DNA of 64,000 nt. Origin: Sedimentisphaerales bacterium (lineage in GTDB: Bacteria > Planctomycetota > Phycisphaerae > Sedimentisphaerales > SM23-30). Below the pieces are notes generated by a model. The model did no database searches and was not told where the DNA came from. It saw nothing but the letters and a program-made list of their open reading frames with translations. The stretch spans positions 160,001 to 224,000 of the forward strand of contig CAXXFK010000013.1 of assembly GCA_963663965.2 (NCBI GenBank), read 5' to 3'. The translations under genes and the position numbers were made by a program. Below, piece by piece: positions 1-9,986 of the stretch; the stretch's first letter is position 1; each line of letters opens with the position of its first letter.

Positions 1-1354
1 CGAGCCCCAGGTCGCGGCATTCATTCCGGAGCAATTCAGCGCGGCGCCAGACCGCCCCCAGGGGGATCCCTTGCCTCAGAAATGGTGGGAGTCTTTTGGG
101 GATGCGAGTTTGAATGAACTGATTGAGCGAGCCATGGGAGATAATTTCTCGATCCGATCCGCCTGGGATCGGCTCAGTCAGGCGGAACAGGTGGCGGCGA
201 AGACGGGCGTGCGTCTGCTACCGACGTTGAGTTATTCCGCCGGATATACCCGCAGTCATCAGGAAACCGGGCCACTGGAAATCGATACCGATCGATATTC
301 AGCGGGATTATCCGCTTCGTACGAGCTGGATATCTGGGGTGAAATCCGCAGTGAACGGGAAGCGGCCCGGCTGGATGTATTGGCCACCGAACAGAGTATC
401 GCTTCGGCGGCTATGACCCTCAGCGCCGGGATTGCAAAAATCTGGTATCAACTGGCGGATTCCGCTCAGTTCCTTTCGGTGCTGAATGACCAATTGGAAA
501 CGAATCGCAAAATTCTGGATTTGATAACGTTTCAAGCGCAAAACGGCAAGGCAGGCAGCGCCGATGTCTATCGTCAGCGCCAACTGATTGAGAATACCCA
601 GGGATTGATTGTGCAGGCCCGCCAGCGGGATTTACTATTACAGCATCAGCTGGCTATTCTGATTGGAATAGCCCCAGGAGCGCACTGGCAGGAACGGAGT
701 CATGATTTGCCCGATCCGGGCGTATTGCCGGCCCTGGCCGTGCCGGCGGATATCCTGCAGAACCGGCCGGATGTGCAAACCGCCTGGCTGCAAATCAAGG
801 CGGCCGACTTACGAGTGAATGTGGCACAGGCAGACCGGTATCCCAGTCTGACATTGAGTGCCGGTGTCAGTACCAGTTCGGAAAAGCTGGTCGATCTATT
901 TGATGACTGGCTGGCGACACTGGCCGGGACTATCGCCGGGCCTTTGTTTGACGCGGGATTGCGCCAGATTGAAGTGGAGCGTACCCGGGCGGTCCTGTCG
1001 CAACGGCTGAACGATTATCGCCAGACGCTATTAACGGCGCTGAAAGAAGTAGAGGACGCCCTGGTCAATGAAGATCATCAGCGTAAGTATCTGTTGAGCT
1101 TGCAGGAACAGTTAAAGCTGGCCAACCAGGTTTATGATCGTACCCGGCAGCAGTATCTGGGGGGGCAACTCGATTATATCCGGGTACTGGAGTCGCTGGT
1201 TTCTCAGCAGAATCTGCAAAGGAGTCTGGTTACTGCCAGGCGGCAACTGGTGGAATACCGGGTTGATTTATGCCGTGCGATCGCTTCGGGCTGGCTGGGT
1301 GAGCGGCCGGAAAGCGCCACCATGGTGGCGGAGAGTGAAGCGGCGGATCGTTGA
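1..1354 (+). CDS. Efflux outer membrane factor (NodT/OprM/TolC family), 5'-truncated
   Basis: Frame is open to the window edge. Motifs WWESFGD..L..LI..A, SYELDIWG, 'P..L..RPDV..A', GPLFDAG. Lies upstream of MFP and RND genes. Confidence 0.9.
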   Translation, partial: EPQVAAFIPEQFSAAPDRPQGDPLPQKWWESFGDASLNELIERAMGDNFSIRSAWDRLSQAEQVAAKTGVRLLPTLSYSAGYTRSHQETGPLEIDTDRYSAGLSASYELDIWGEIRSEREAARLDVLATEQSIASAAMTLSAGIAKIWYQLADSAQFLSVLNDQLETNRKILDLITFQAQNGKAGSADVYRQRQLIENTQGLIVQARQRDLLLQHQLAILIGIAPGAHWQERSHDLPDPGVLPALAVPADILQNRPDVQTAWLQIKAADLRVNVAQADRYPSLTLSAGVSTSSEKLVDLFDDWLATLAGTIAGPLFDAGLRQIEVERTRAVLSQRLNDYRQTLLTALKEVEDALVNEDHQRKYLLSLQEQLKLANQVYDRTRQQYLGGQLDYIRVLESLVSQQNLQRSLVTARRQLVEYRVDLCRAIASGWLGERPESATMVAESEAADR

Positions 1355-1432
1355 CAGTCGAAATATCAGAATTATATGTGATCTCATTGTTGATACTAAA
1401 AAATTCAGAAAACTCAAATAGAGATGGCGTAG

Positions 1433-1518
1433 TATGCCCAATGGGTATGAAGATTCCCGATCGCTCGCAAGATAAGTATTTACCCATGTAGAACTTATAT
1501 TGCGGCCCAGCGGGCATT
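1433..1518. repeat. 86-bp structured dispersed repeat, copy 1
   Basis: Ungapped 64/86 match (hand count) to 61879-61964; internal hairpins. Confidence 0.8.
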
Positions 1519-1562
1519 TTTCATTGTAAGCCGTATATTATCCTATTCACGAGGTATGACTC

Positions 1563-2819
1563 ATGAAGAACAAAGGTTCCGTCTTGTATTCGTTGATTAA
1601 GCTGGTTCTGGTAATTGGCATTATTGGAGGATCGGCGCTTTATGCTAAATATTTGTTCGATAACCGTCCCGAGGCGTCGTTGCGAAAACCGCCCCGAGCC
1701 GCCCGGACCGTGACTGTGGTGACCGCAGAACGGGGGGATCACCGGGCAACGATTCATGCCATGGGTACGGTCCTGCCGGCCCGGTCTGTTACTATAACAC
1801 CTGAAGTATCCGGTTTGCTGGAATACCTTAGTGACGATATCATTCCGGGTGGCATTATTCAGGCCGGTCAGGAGTTGGCGAGGATTGATTCGAGGGATTA
1901 TCAAATTGCGTTAAAACAGCGTGAAACCGAGGTTGCGCGCGCGGAAGTGAATATCCGGCTGGAGGAGGGGAATCAGGCGGTTGCCCGACAGGAATATGAA
2001 CTGCTGGGCGAGTCGATCAATAATCAGCAGCAGGAATTGATATTACGAAAGCCGCAACTGGAGCAGGTCCAGGCAGCGCTGGAAGCCGCCAGAATTGCCC
2101 AGGATAAAGCGAAACTCGATCTGAGCCGGTGTATTGTCAAGGCGCCTTTTAACGGGATTGTATCCGCCAAATCAGTAGAATTGGGCGCTCGTGTCGCGCC
2201 GGGCACCGGTTTGCTGACCATGACGGGCACCGATGAATACTGGATTGAAGTCGCCATATTTACCGACAAGCTCTCTTCCATAGGCATTCCGGAAGGTAAT
2301 GGCCGCGATGGTTCTCGTGTTCAGATCTATGATGAGGCCGCCTGGGGACGTGGTGTTTATCGCGAAGGTCGCGTCATTCGTTTGTTACCTGCCCTGGAAG
2401 AGAAAGGCCGCATGGCTCGTCTGCTGATCAGTGTGAAAGATCCACTCGGTCTGAATTCTTCTCAGAAAAAGCAACCGCGATTATTGCTGGATTCTTATGT
2501 CCGTGTTGAGATCGAGGGTAAATTGTTAACTGATGTGATTCCGGTTGACTGGGGCCATGTTCGTAATGGCGGGGATGTCTGGGTGATGAATTCCCAGCGT
2601 GAATTGAATATTAAACCGGTAGAATTTGCTTTTAAGGATAAAAATACTGTTTTTGTCCGCAGCGGGATCGAGCCTGGCGATCAGATTGTCACTACTTTGA
2701 TCGCCGCACCGGTGGAAGGCATGAAACTTCGTCTTGAAACCGATCCATTACCCCAGCTTGAAGGTGGAAAAGCAGGCGAAAAATCTGAGGAAAAACCCAA
2801 AGCACTTGCGGTCCATTAA
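1563..2819 (+). CDS. RND efflux periplasmic adaptor (MFP)
   Basis: N-terminal TM segment; lipoyl-like halves (I.PEVSG, V.AG..LARID, APFNGIV); helical hairpin; between OMF and AcrB-like genes. Confidence 0.9.
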   Translation: MKNKGSVLYSLIKLVLVIGIIGGSALYAKYLFDNRPEASLRKPPRAARTVTVVTAERGDHRATIHAMGTVLPARSVTITPEVSGLLEYLSDDIIPGGIIQAGQELARIDSRDYQIALKQRETEVARAEVNIRLEEGNQAVARQEYELLGESINNQQQELILRKPQLEQVQAALEAARIAQDKAKLDLSRCIVKAPFNGIVSAKSVELGARVAPGTGLLTMTGTDEYWIEVAIFTDKLSSIGIPEGNGRDGSRVQIYDEAAWGRGVYREGRVIRLLPALEEKGRMARLLISVKDPLGLNSSQKKQPRLLLDSYVRVEIEGKLLTDVIPVDWGHVRNGGDVWVMNSQRELNIKPVEFAFKDKNTVFVRSGIEPGDQIVTTLIAAPVEGMKLRLETDPLPQLEGGKAGEKSEEKPKALAVH

Positions 2820-2890
2820 CTGGTATTTCGCGATTAAGTCAATTTTCTAAATTTTAAATCAGCCAACATGTCCGTTTACGGAAAACCATC

Positions 2891-5800
2891 ATGGAACAAA
2901 ACAAATTAAAACCTGAGCTGAATAAGGGTTCGATTGCCTGGATGGCGTCAAATCGGGTGACGCCCAATATCATCATGCTGATTCTGCTGATAGGCGGTTT
3001 ATATTTTGCGGCCAAAATCAAGCAGGAGGTATTTCCCGAATTCAGTCTGGATATGGTCCAGATCATGGTGCCCTACCCGGGGGCCAGTCCGGAAGAAGTG
3101 GAGCAGGGCATTATCCTGGCTATTGAGGAAGGGATCCGCGGACTGGATGGCATTAAAGAAATCTCCGCGGTAGCCAATGAGGGAATGGGTATGGTCACCG
3201 CCGAATTGCTGGAAGGAGTCGATACCCAGCGGGTCTATCAGGATATCAAACAGGAAATTGACCGGATCGTGACTTTCCCGCTGGATGCCGAGGAGCCTGA
3301 GGTCAGTTTAATCATCCGCAAACGCCAGGTGCTACAGATCCAGATCTATGGTGATGTGAGCGAAATGGTTTTGCGTGAGCTGGCCGAACAGGTTCGCGAT
3401 AATCTGCTCAATGATCCGGGGATCACTCAGGTGGAGCTGGATGGCGCGCGCGATTACGAAATCCATGTCCAGATCGACCGGGAAACCCTGAGGCGATATA
3501 ATTTAACCCTGGCGGAAGTTTCTGATCGTATCCGGCAAACCGCGATCGAACTGCCCGGCGGTTATATCGAAACCGCCGGAGGCGATCTGCTGTTACGCAT
3601 GAAGGATCGGCGTGACTGGGCCTATCAGTTTGCACGAATGCCGATAATCACCACCGAGGATGGGACCCTGCTCTATCTGGATGATATCGCGCAGGTTACG
3701 GAAGGTTTCAAAGATGTGGATCAGGCGGCCTGGTTCGACGGTAAACGGGCGATCGGGGTTTCAGTATTTCGAGTGGGTCGCCAGACCCCCATTGGCGTAT
3801 CGAAAGCCGGCCGCAAGGCGATGGAAAGCATTGAGGCGATCCTGCCTGAAGGAGTCAACTGGACAATCAGCGATGATAATTCCGAGATTTACCGTCAGCG
3901 TCTGGAACTCTTGCTGAAAAATGCCGCGATGGGTTTATCGCTGGTCTTTATTCTGCTGGCTCTTTTTCTGGAATTGAAGCTGGCCTTCTGGGTGATGATG
4001 GGGATTCCGATCTCGTTTCTGGGCAGTTTTCTGTTTCTGAACGGGATGGATGTCACGATTAATATGGTCTCGATGTTCGCCTTTATTATCGCGCTGGGTA
4101 TTGTGGTCGATGACGCGATCGTCGTGGGTGAAAATATTTATGAATATCGCAACCGGGGGATGAGTTATCTGGAGGCCTCGATCCGGGGCGCTCGAGATGT
4201 GTCGGGTCCGGTAGTGTTCAGTATTCTGACCAATATTGTCGCGTTTTTGCCGCTTTGTTTTATTCCCGGCATCATGGGTAAAATATGGATTGTGATCCCG
4301 GCGGTGGTGATTACCGTCTTTTCAATTTCACTGATTGAATCGCTGTATATTTTACCGGCGCATCTCAGCCATTATAAAGAGCCCCGGCCCGGTTCCTTAA
4401 ATGAAATGATTCATCGGGCTCAACAGGCGTTCAGCCGGCAATTCGAGCGGTTTATTCGCAATGTCTTTGGTCCATTTCTGGATTTCTGTATCCGTCATCG
4501 TCAGATTACCATGGCAATTGCTTTGGCCACCTTGATATTTTTCGTCAGTTGGGTATTAAGCGGCCGGGTCGGGTTGATCATGATGCCACGCGTGGAGGCG
4601 GACAAGTCGGCCGTTACCGCGGTGTTACCTTATGGCAGTCCGATCAGCCGGGTTGAAGAGGTGGCCCGTTATCTGACACAAGTCGGGGAAGAACTCGTTA
4701 AGGATAACGGAGACGACCGGTTAAGTACGGGTATCTATAGCAGTATTAATGAAAACAAAATCGATATCCAGATGTTCCTGACGGTCCCAAGTGTACGGCC
4801 TTTAACGACGGCCAAAGTGACTGATTTGTGGCGTCAGAAAGCGGGTCAGATTCCGGGTCTGGAATCGATCCGTTTTGAATCCGACCGTGGCGGACCGGGA
4901 TCCGGCGCGGCCATTTCCATTGAACTCAGTCATCGAAATATTGATACGCTGGATCGCGCCAGCGCCGCACTGGCAGACCGGCTGGAAGATTTTCCTAATG
5001 TCAAAGACATCGATGATGGTTATACCCCCGGTAAATCTCAGATTGATTTCAAGATAAAGCCTGAAGGTCAGAGTCTGGGATTAACTTCGAGTTCTATCGC
5101 AAGGCAGGTACGTAACTCTTTTTATGGCGCTGAAGCACTCCGGCAACAGCGCGGTCGGAATGAAATCCGTGTTCGTGTAAAGCTTCCGGATGAGCAGCGC
5201 CAGAGTGAATATGATGTCGAGAATCTTCTGATCCGGACACCTGCCGGGCGCGATGTACCACTCATGCAAGTGGCTGAAGTTACCCGTGGCCGGGCTTATA
5301 CGACGATATCGCGACGCAACAGTCGGCGAACAGTCATGGTGACGGCCAATATCGATCCAATTGAAGATACTGAAAAAGTAAAGGAAAAATTGTCTGATGA
5401 AATATTGCCTGAACTTTTGAGTCATTTTCCAGGATTGACTTACGCCTGGGAAGGACGGCAGGCCGACTTTGGTGAAAGCATGTCATCGCTCAAGATGGGC
5501 TTTGTTCTGGCGATACTGGCGATTTACGCTCTGCTGGCCATCCCTTTTAAGAGTTATTCCCAGCCTCTTATCATTATGGTGGCGATCCCGTTCGGCGTGG
5601 TCGGTGCGATTATTGGTCATATGATCATGGGTTACGCGATCAGTCTTTTGAGTTTGATGGGGATAATCGCTTTGACCGGGGTCGTCGTTAACGATTCACT
5701 GGTTCTGATCGATTGTGCCAATAACTTGCGTCGCGATGAGGGGCTTGGCGCCTTTGACGCTATCCATCAAGCCGGCGTTCGCCGTTTCCGCCCGATTATG

Positions 5801-6073
5801 CTGACAACTCTTACCACGTTTGGTGGATTGGCTCCTATGATTTTTGAGAACTCGCGGCAGGCCAAGTTTCTGATTCCAATGGCGTTGTCGCTGGGGTATG
5901 GAATATTATTTTCCACGGTGATTACCCTGATTGTGGTGCCGTGTCTGTATATTTCGTTGCATGAAACCGGGGTGTTTTTCAAGAAAATTCATGATTGGAT
6001 GCATCCGGCTTCTGAACCGGTTGTTCCTGAAATGGCGTCGACCGGATTTGAGGCGTTAACGGATCCTGATTAA
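2891..6073 (+). CDS. RND efflux permease, AcrB/AcrD/AcrF family
   Basis: 1060 aa; YPGASPEEVE, GIVVDDAIVVGENI, GVVVNDSLVLID, RFRPIMLTTLTT. Confidence 0.95.
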   Translation: MEQNKLKPELNKGSIAWMASNRVTPNIIMLILLIGGLYFAAKIKQEVFPEFSLDMVQIMVPYPGASPEEVEQGIILAIEEGIRGLDGIKEISAVANEGMGMVTAELLEGVDTQRVYQDIKQEIDRIVTFPLDAEEPEVSLIIRKRQVLQIQIYGDVSEMVLRELAEQVRDNLLNDPGITQVELDGARDYEIHVQIDRETLRRYNLTLAEVSDRIRQTAIELPGGYIETAGGDLLLRMKDRRDWAYQFARMPIITTEDGTLLYLDDIAQVTEGFKDVDQAAWFDGKRAIGVSVFRVGRQTPIGVSKAGRKAMESIEAILPEGVNWTISDDNSEIYRQRLELLLKNAAMGLSLVFILLALFLELKLAFWVMMGIPISFLGSFLFLNGMDVTINMVSMFAFIIALGIVVDDAIVVGENIYEYRNRGMSYLEASIRGARDVSGPVVFSILTNIVAFLPLCFIPGIMGKIWIVIPAVVITVFSISLIESLYILPAHLSHYKEPRPGSLNEMIHRAQQAFSRQFERFIRNVFGPFLDFCIRHRQITMAIALATLIFFVSWVLSGRVGLIMMPRVEADKSAVTAVLPYGSPISRVEEVARYLTQVGEELVKDNGDDRLSTGIYSSINENKIDIQMFLTVPSVRPLTTAKVTDLWRQKAGQIPGLESIRFESDRGGPGSGAAISIELSHRNIDTLDRASAALADRLEDFPNVKDIDDGYTPGKSQIDFKIKPEGQSLGLTSSSIARQVRNSFYGAEALRQQRGRNEIRVRVKLPDEQRQSEYDVENLLIRTPAGRDVPLMQVAEVTRGRAYTTISRRNSRRTVMVTANIDPIEDTEKVKEKLSDEILPELLSHFPGLTYAWEGRQADFGESMSSLKMGFVLAILAIYALLAIPFKSYSQPLIIMVAIPFGVVGAIIGHMIMGYAISLLSLMGIIALTGVVVNDSLVLIDCANNLRRDEGLGAFDAIHQAGVRRFRPIMLTTLTTFGGLAPMIFENSRQAKFLIPMALSLGYGILFSTVITLIVVPCLYISLHETGVFFKKIHDWMHPASEPVVPEMASTGFEALTDPD

Positions 6074-6224
6074 TGTCAACTATGACCTCAGGAGAATGTA
6101 ACAAAATCAATCATTAGAAACAGCCGGCAATAGGGAAGTGACCATATTCGTTTAAGTGGTAAAGCATGCCTATGCGAGAGTACCGAGACCCAGATGATCC
6201 CGAATGGATCAGGACGGATATATC

Positions 6225-8114
6225 ATGAAAAGCAGTGGAATGTTGGCCGTATGGATTGTGGTGACCCTGACGATAGCCAGTTGGGGGGCTCGCCAGATGG
6301 AGAATCTGGATCGGGGCTTGATCGCAGTGCAAATGACGGATGGTTCGGTTTTTATCGGATGGCGGATGCTGGGATTGGATCCGGAAGATATAGCTTTTGC
6401 GGTTTATCGTGGCGAGGCCGGGGATGGACAGGGAAAGCTATTAACGGAAATCCCTTTAAAGGGCGCGACTTGTTATGTCGATTCAAGTTCGGAAACAGAC
6501 CAGAGTTATGAGTACTGGGTAAAACCTGTATCGGCCGCAAAAAACTTACCGGTTTCAAAACGGGTTTTAGTCTGGAAGGATAATTATCTGGAGATCCCGA
6601 TCGATCCGATTGAGCGATATTATCCTGGGGATGCGTCAGTGGGTGATCTGGATGGCGATGGCAGGTATGAAATCGTATTGCATCAGGTTTCCGGGGGCAA
6701 GGATAACTCCTTTGGGGGCGTGACCGGTCGACCGGTGCTGGACGCTTATAAACTGGATGGCACCAAACTCTGGCGGATCAACCTGGGCATCAATATCCGG
6801 GAAGGGGAGCATTATACCCAGTTTATGGTGTATGATCTGGATGGCGACGGGCGGGCAGAAGTGGCCTGTAAAACTGCTGATGGAACGATTGACGGTGTTG
6901 GCAAAGTCATCGGTGATCAGGATAAGGACTGGCGGACGCACAAAACGGGTGATCTGACCGATGGGCGGATTCTGGCCGGCCCGGAATATCTGACGATTTT
7001 TGATGGTAAGACAGGGGCGGCATTGAAGACAGTGGACTATATTCCGGGACGGGATCCGATTAATGGCTGGGGTGGTATTGGCGGGAATGGCGGGAATGAC
7101 AGTTATGGCAACCGGTGCGATCGATTTCTGGCCTGTGTGGCATATCTGGATGGGGAGCGTCCCAGTCTGGTGATGTGCCGTGGGGTGTATGGCAGAACGG
7201 TGCTGGCGGCGTGGGACTGGCGGGACGGTGAACTGACCAGCCGCTGGGTGTTCGATTCGGGCATCTCCTATCCGCCGTATCGGGATGTGTCGCCCTATTC
7301 CGGGATGGGTGGTCATTCCCTGTCGGTGGCAGATGTCGATGGGGATGGCCGGGATGAGATTGTCTATCATGCCATGGTGGTGGATGATAATGGCCAGGGA
7401 TTGTATTCGACGGGTTTCCGGCATGGGGATGCCATGCATATCAGCGATATGTATCCGGACCGTCCGGGTCTGGAAGTCTTGACTGTCCATGAAAATGAAG
7501 ATGATACGGTGCGGTTTCAATCGCCGGGCATGGCGATGCGGGACGCAAAGACGGGTGAAGTGATGTGGTCATTGAGTCCGGGTGTGGATGTCAGTCAGGG
7601 GGTGGCGGCTGATATCGATCCGCGTTATCCGGGATTTGAGGTCTGGGGCGGTCCGGGCGGTCTGCGTGGGGAAAGCGGCAACGACCTGGGGCCGGCTCCG
7701 CGGATGTCGGATTTTGTGATCTGGTGGGATGGTGATCCCTTGCGTGAGTTATTAGCCGGGTCCAGTGTTTTCAAGTGGAACTGGGAGGCTGGCCAGTCAG
7801 ACATGCTCTGGTCGGCCGGCAGTAGCGGTCGCGGCCGGTTTCGCTGGATGCGGCCCTGTCTGGTGGCTGATATCCTGGGGGATTGGCGGGAAGAATTGGT
7901 GACCACCGGTCCGGATGGCGGGTCCTTGAGGGTCTATACGACAACCATACCAACAGATATACGGTTGTATACGCTCATGCACGATCCTCAATATCGTTTG
8001 TCGATTGCCTGGCAGAATGTGGTGTACAATAAACCGGCTCATACCAGTTTTTATCTTGGGGATGGGATGAAAGCACCGGTAAAGCCTGATATATTAATGA
8101 CAAAATCTCGATAA
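6225..8114 (+). CDS. Rhamnogalacturonan lyase, PL11 (YesW/YesX-like), secreted
   Basis: Signal peptide; RQMENLDRGLIA; DASVGDLDGDGRYEIV; NIREGEHYTQFMVYDLDGDG; TLMHDPQYRLSIAWQNVVYN. Alternative start at 6204. Confidence 0.92.
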   Translation: MKSSGMLAVWIVVTLTIASWGARQMENLDRGLIAVQMTDGSVFIGWRMLGLDPEDIAFAVYRGEAGDGQGKLLTEIPLKGATCYVDSSSETDQSYEYWVKPVSAAKNLPVSKRVLVWKDNYLEIPIDPIERYYPGDASVGDLDGDGRYEIVLHQVSGGKDNSFGGVTGRPVLDAYKLDGTKLWRINLGINIREGEHYTQFMVYDLDGDGRAEVACKTADGTIDGVGKVIGDQDKDWRTHKTGDLTDGRILAGPEYLTIFDGKTGAALKTVDYIPGRDPINGWGGIGGNGGNDSYGNRCDRFLACVAYLDGERPSLVMCRGVYGRTVLAAWDWRDGELTSRWVFDSGISYPPYRDVSPYSGMGGHSLSVADVDGDGRDEIVYHAMVVDDNGQGLYSTGFRHGDAMHISDMYPDRPGLEVLTVHENEDDTVRFQSPGMAMRDAKTGEVMWSLSPGVDVSQGVAADIDPRYPGFEVWGGPGGLRGESGNDLGPAPRMSDFVIWWDGDPLRELLAGSSVFKWNWEAGQSDMLWSAGSSGRGRFRWMRPCLVADILGDWREELVTTGPDGGSLRVYTTTIPTDIRLYTLMHDPQYRLSIAWQNVVYNKPAHTSFYLGDGMKAPVKPDILMTKSR

Positions 8115-8180
8115 ATATTGTGTTACAAAAGCCTGATTTCCGGGTACTCATGGATAGAACCTTATTTTCTGGAGGCAATT

Positions 8181-9356
8181 ATGCAATATTCAATCAGGTT
8201 TGGCATCGCGTTTTTTTTGATATGTGGGCCCGTTTGTTCGGCGATGAGTCTGACACCGCATCAGATTACGTTGTATGATCAGAGCGCGTCGGATGATATC
8301 CAGGCGATATTTGGTATGACATTGCCGTCGGGTTACGCGATTGCAGATCATGAGGTGGACTTTGTATTGGATGGTGAGTTTATCGCGCGGTCTATTTCAC
8401 TGGATTATTGCGCTATCGATGATAATTTAATGGTGAATTTCGATCGGGATACTGTTCAGACACATCCCGGGACGATATTACTGGCCGGATGCGAAACAAT
8501 CGCGACGGTTAGCGGTTGGTTTGAGATTGAAAATAGCACAGGGGATGTTCAGCGTTTGACGCTTTGGGGGCAGGATTTATTTACGATTCTTTCGTATAAG
8601 ATCCCCATGGAGATTACTCAGTCGAATTCAGCGCCGCCCGGCGACGATGTCTTACTTGGATATGATACGGTGGATCAGGACAAGGATAATTTCTTACTAT
8701 GGGATCGGGGTCAGGGCACTGAGACCTGTTTTGGCCAGACGTTTCGATTGAATCGCGCAGCCCGGTTGGAAAAGATCACGCTAAAACTTCGACCAGACCA
8801 GGTCGACATCAGCGGGCAACCGGTTGAATTATGGCTAGGTTATGGCTATCATCATATCACAGACTCAAGGATTAGCACTTTAATTGCGAATCCAAAAGCC
8901 GATTTACCGGAGGGATTAGATGGCGGCGATCCGGTCTATTTAACTTTTGATTTCGATGATCTCTATTTGAATGCAGAACGGGACTATGCCTTTATGCTGC
9001 GGTTCGCCAGTGGCGGATCAGGGCAAGGGCAGGGTCTGGCGGCCTATGTGTGGGCGATGGGACACTATGTTTATGCGGATGGCGCGGCGTTTATTTACAG
9101 CGGTAACTGGCCGGGTACTTTGTTGAATAACGAGTTGGTATTTTTTGTTCATGGCCGGTTGTTAGAACGTTCGCCATTAATGGGCGACCTGTCGCTGGAT
9201 TACCGGGTCGATCTGGACGATTTGAGGGAATTAGCCTCAAACTGGCTGAACGAATGCGAAGATTGCCGGCAACTGGATATTAATCTGGATGGAATGATCG
9301 ACACAATCGATTTGCGATATCTGGTGCGTAACTGGCTGGCGGAATATGAAAACTAA
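8181..9356 (+). CDS. Secreted hypothetical protein with C-terminal dockerin-like duplicated Ca-binding motif
   Basis: GGAGG RBS before ATG 8181; signal peptide; C-terminal GDLSLDYRVDLDDL..LASNWL / DINLDGMIDTIDL..LVRNWL. Confidence 0.75.
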   Translation: MQYSIRFGIAFFLICGPVCSAMSLTPHQITLYDQSASDDIQAIFGMTLPSGYAIADHEVDFVLDGEFIARSISLDYCAIDDNLMVNFDRDTVQTHPGTILLAGCETIATVSGWFEIENSTGDVQRLTLWGQDLFTILSYKIPMEITQSNSAPPGDDVLLGYDTVDQDKDNFLLWDRGQGTETCFGQTFRLNRAARLEKITLKLRPDQVDISGQPVELWLGYGYHHITDSRISTLIANPKADLPEGLDGGDPVYLTFDFDDLYLNAERDYAFMLRFASGGSGQGQGLAAYVWAMGHYVYADGAAFIYSGNWPGTLLNNELVFFVHGRLLERSPLMGDLSLDYRVDLDDLRELASNWLNECEDCRQLDINLDGMIDTIDLRYLVRNWLAEYEN

Positions 9357-9503
9357 GGGACCGTCAATAAATTAATTGCAGCATTTATTTATTGACAGCC
9401 CCTAACTTGAGCTAGACAAACGAGATACACGACGATTTGATTTTCGGGTCGGATGCCCCTTATAATCTTAGAAACATATGATTATAATAGAAGGAGCCGA
9501 ACG

Positions 9504-9944
9504 ATGATTTTTCATAAACTGGATAAATATCGAGATTTTGGATTGTTGGTTTTGCGGATCGGCATAGGGATTTCGTTTGCTTGTCATGGTTATCCTAAGT
9601 TAACCGGAGGGCCGGAGACGTGGGAAAAAGTGGGCAAGGCGCTGGAATTAATGGGAATTCATTTTGCTCCGACGTTCATGGGGTTGCTGGCAGCCCTGTC
9701 TGAATTTGGGGGCGGCCTCCTGCTGGTAGTAGGCTTATTCGCACGACCGGCGTGCTTTTTTCTGTTATGTACCATGATTGTCGCGACCACGATGCATATA
9801 AAATCGGGTGATTCATTTACCACCTATTCGCATGCCCTGGAAGCGGGGATCCTGTTTTTAAGTCTGATCCTGATCGGTCCGGGCCGATATTCCATCGATC
9901 AGGGGCTCTGGGAAGGCATGCAGCAAAAGCAGGCCGGAAAATAA
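9504..9944 (+). CDS. DoxX family membrane protein
   Basis: LLVLRI..G...HGYPKL, EFGGGLLL..GLFAR, GPGRYSID; AGGAG RBS before ATG 9504. Confidence 0.9.
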   Translation: MIFHKLDKYRDFGLLVLRIGIGISFACHGYPKLTGGPETWEKVGKALELMGIHFAPTFMGLLAALSEFGGGLLLVVGLFARPACFFLLCTMIVATTMHIKSGDSFTTYSHALEAGILFLSLILIGPGRYSIDQGLWEGMQQKQAGK

Positions 9945-9986
9945 CCGGTTATATTTATGCAAAAGCTCATAAGCGGATATCAGCGT

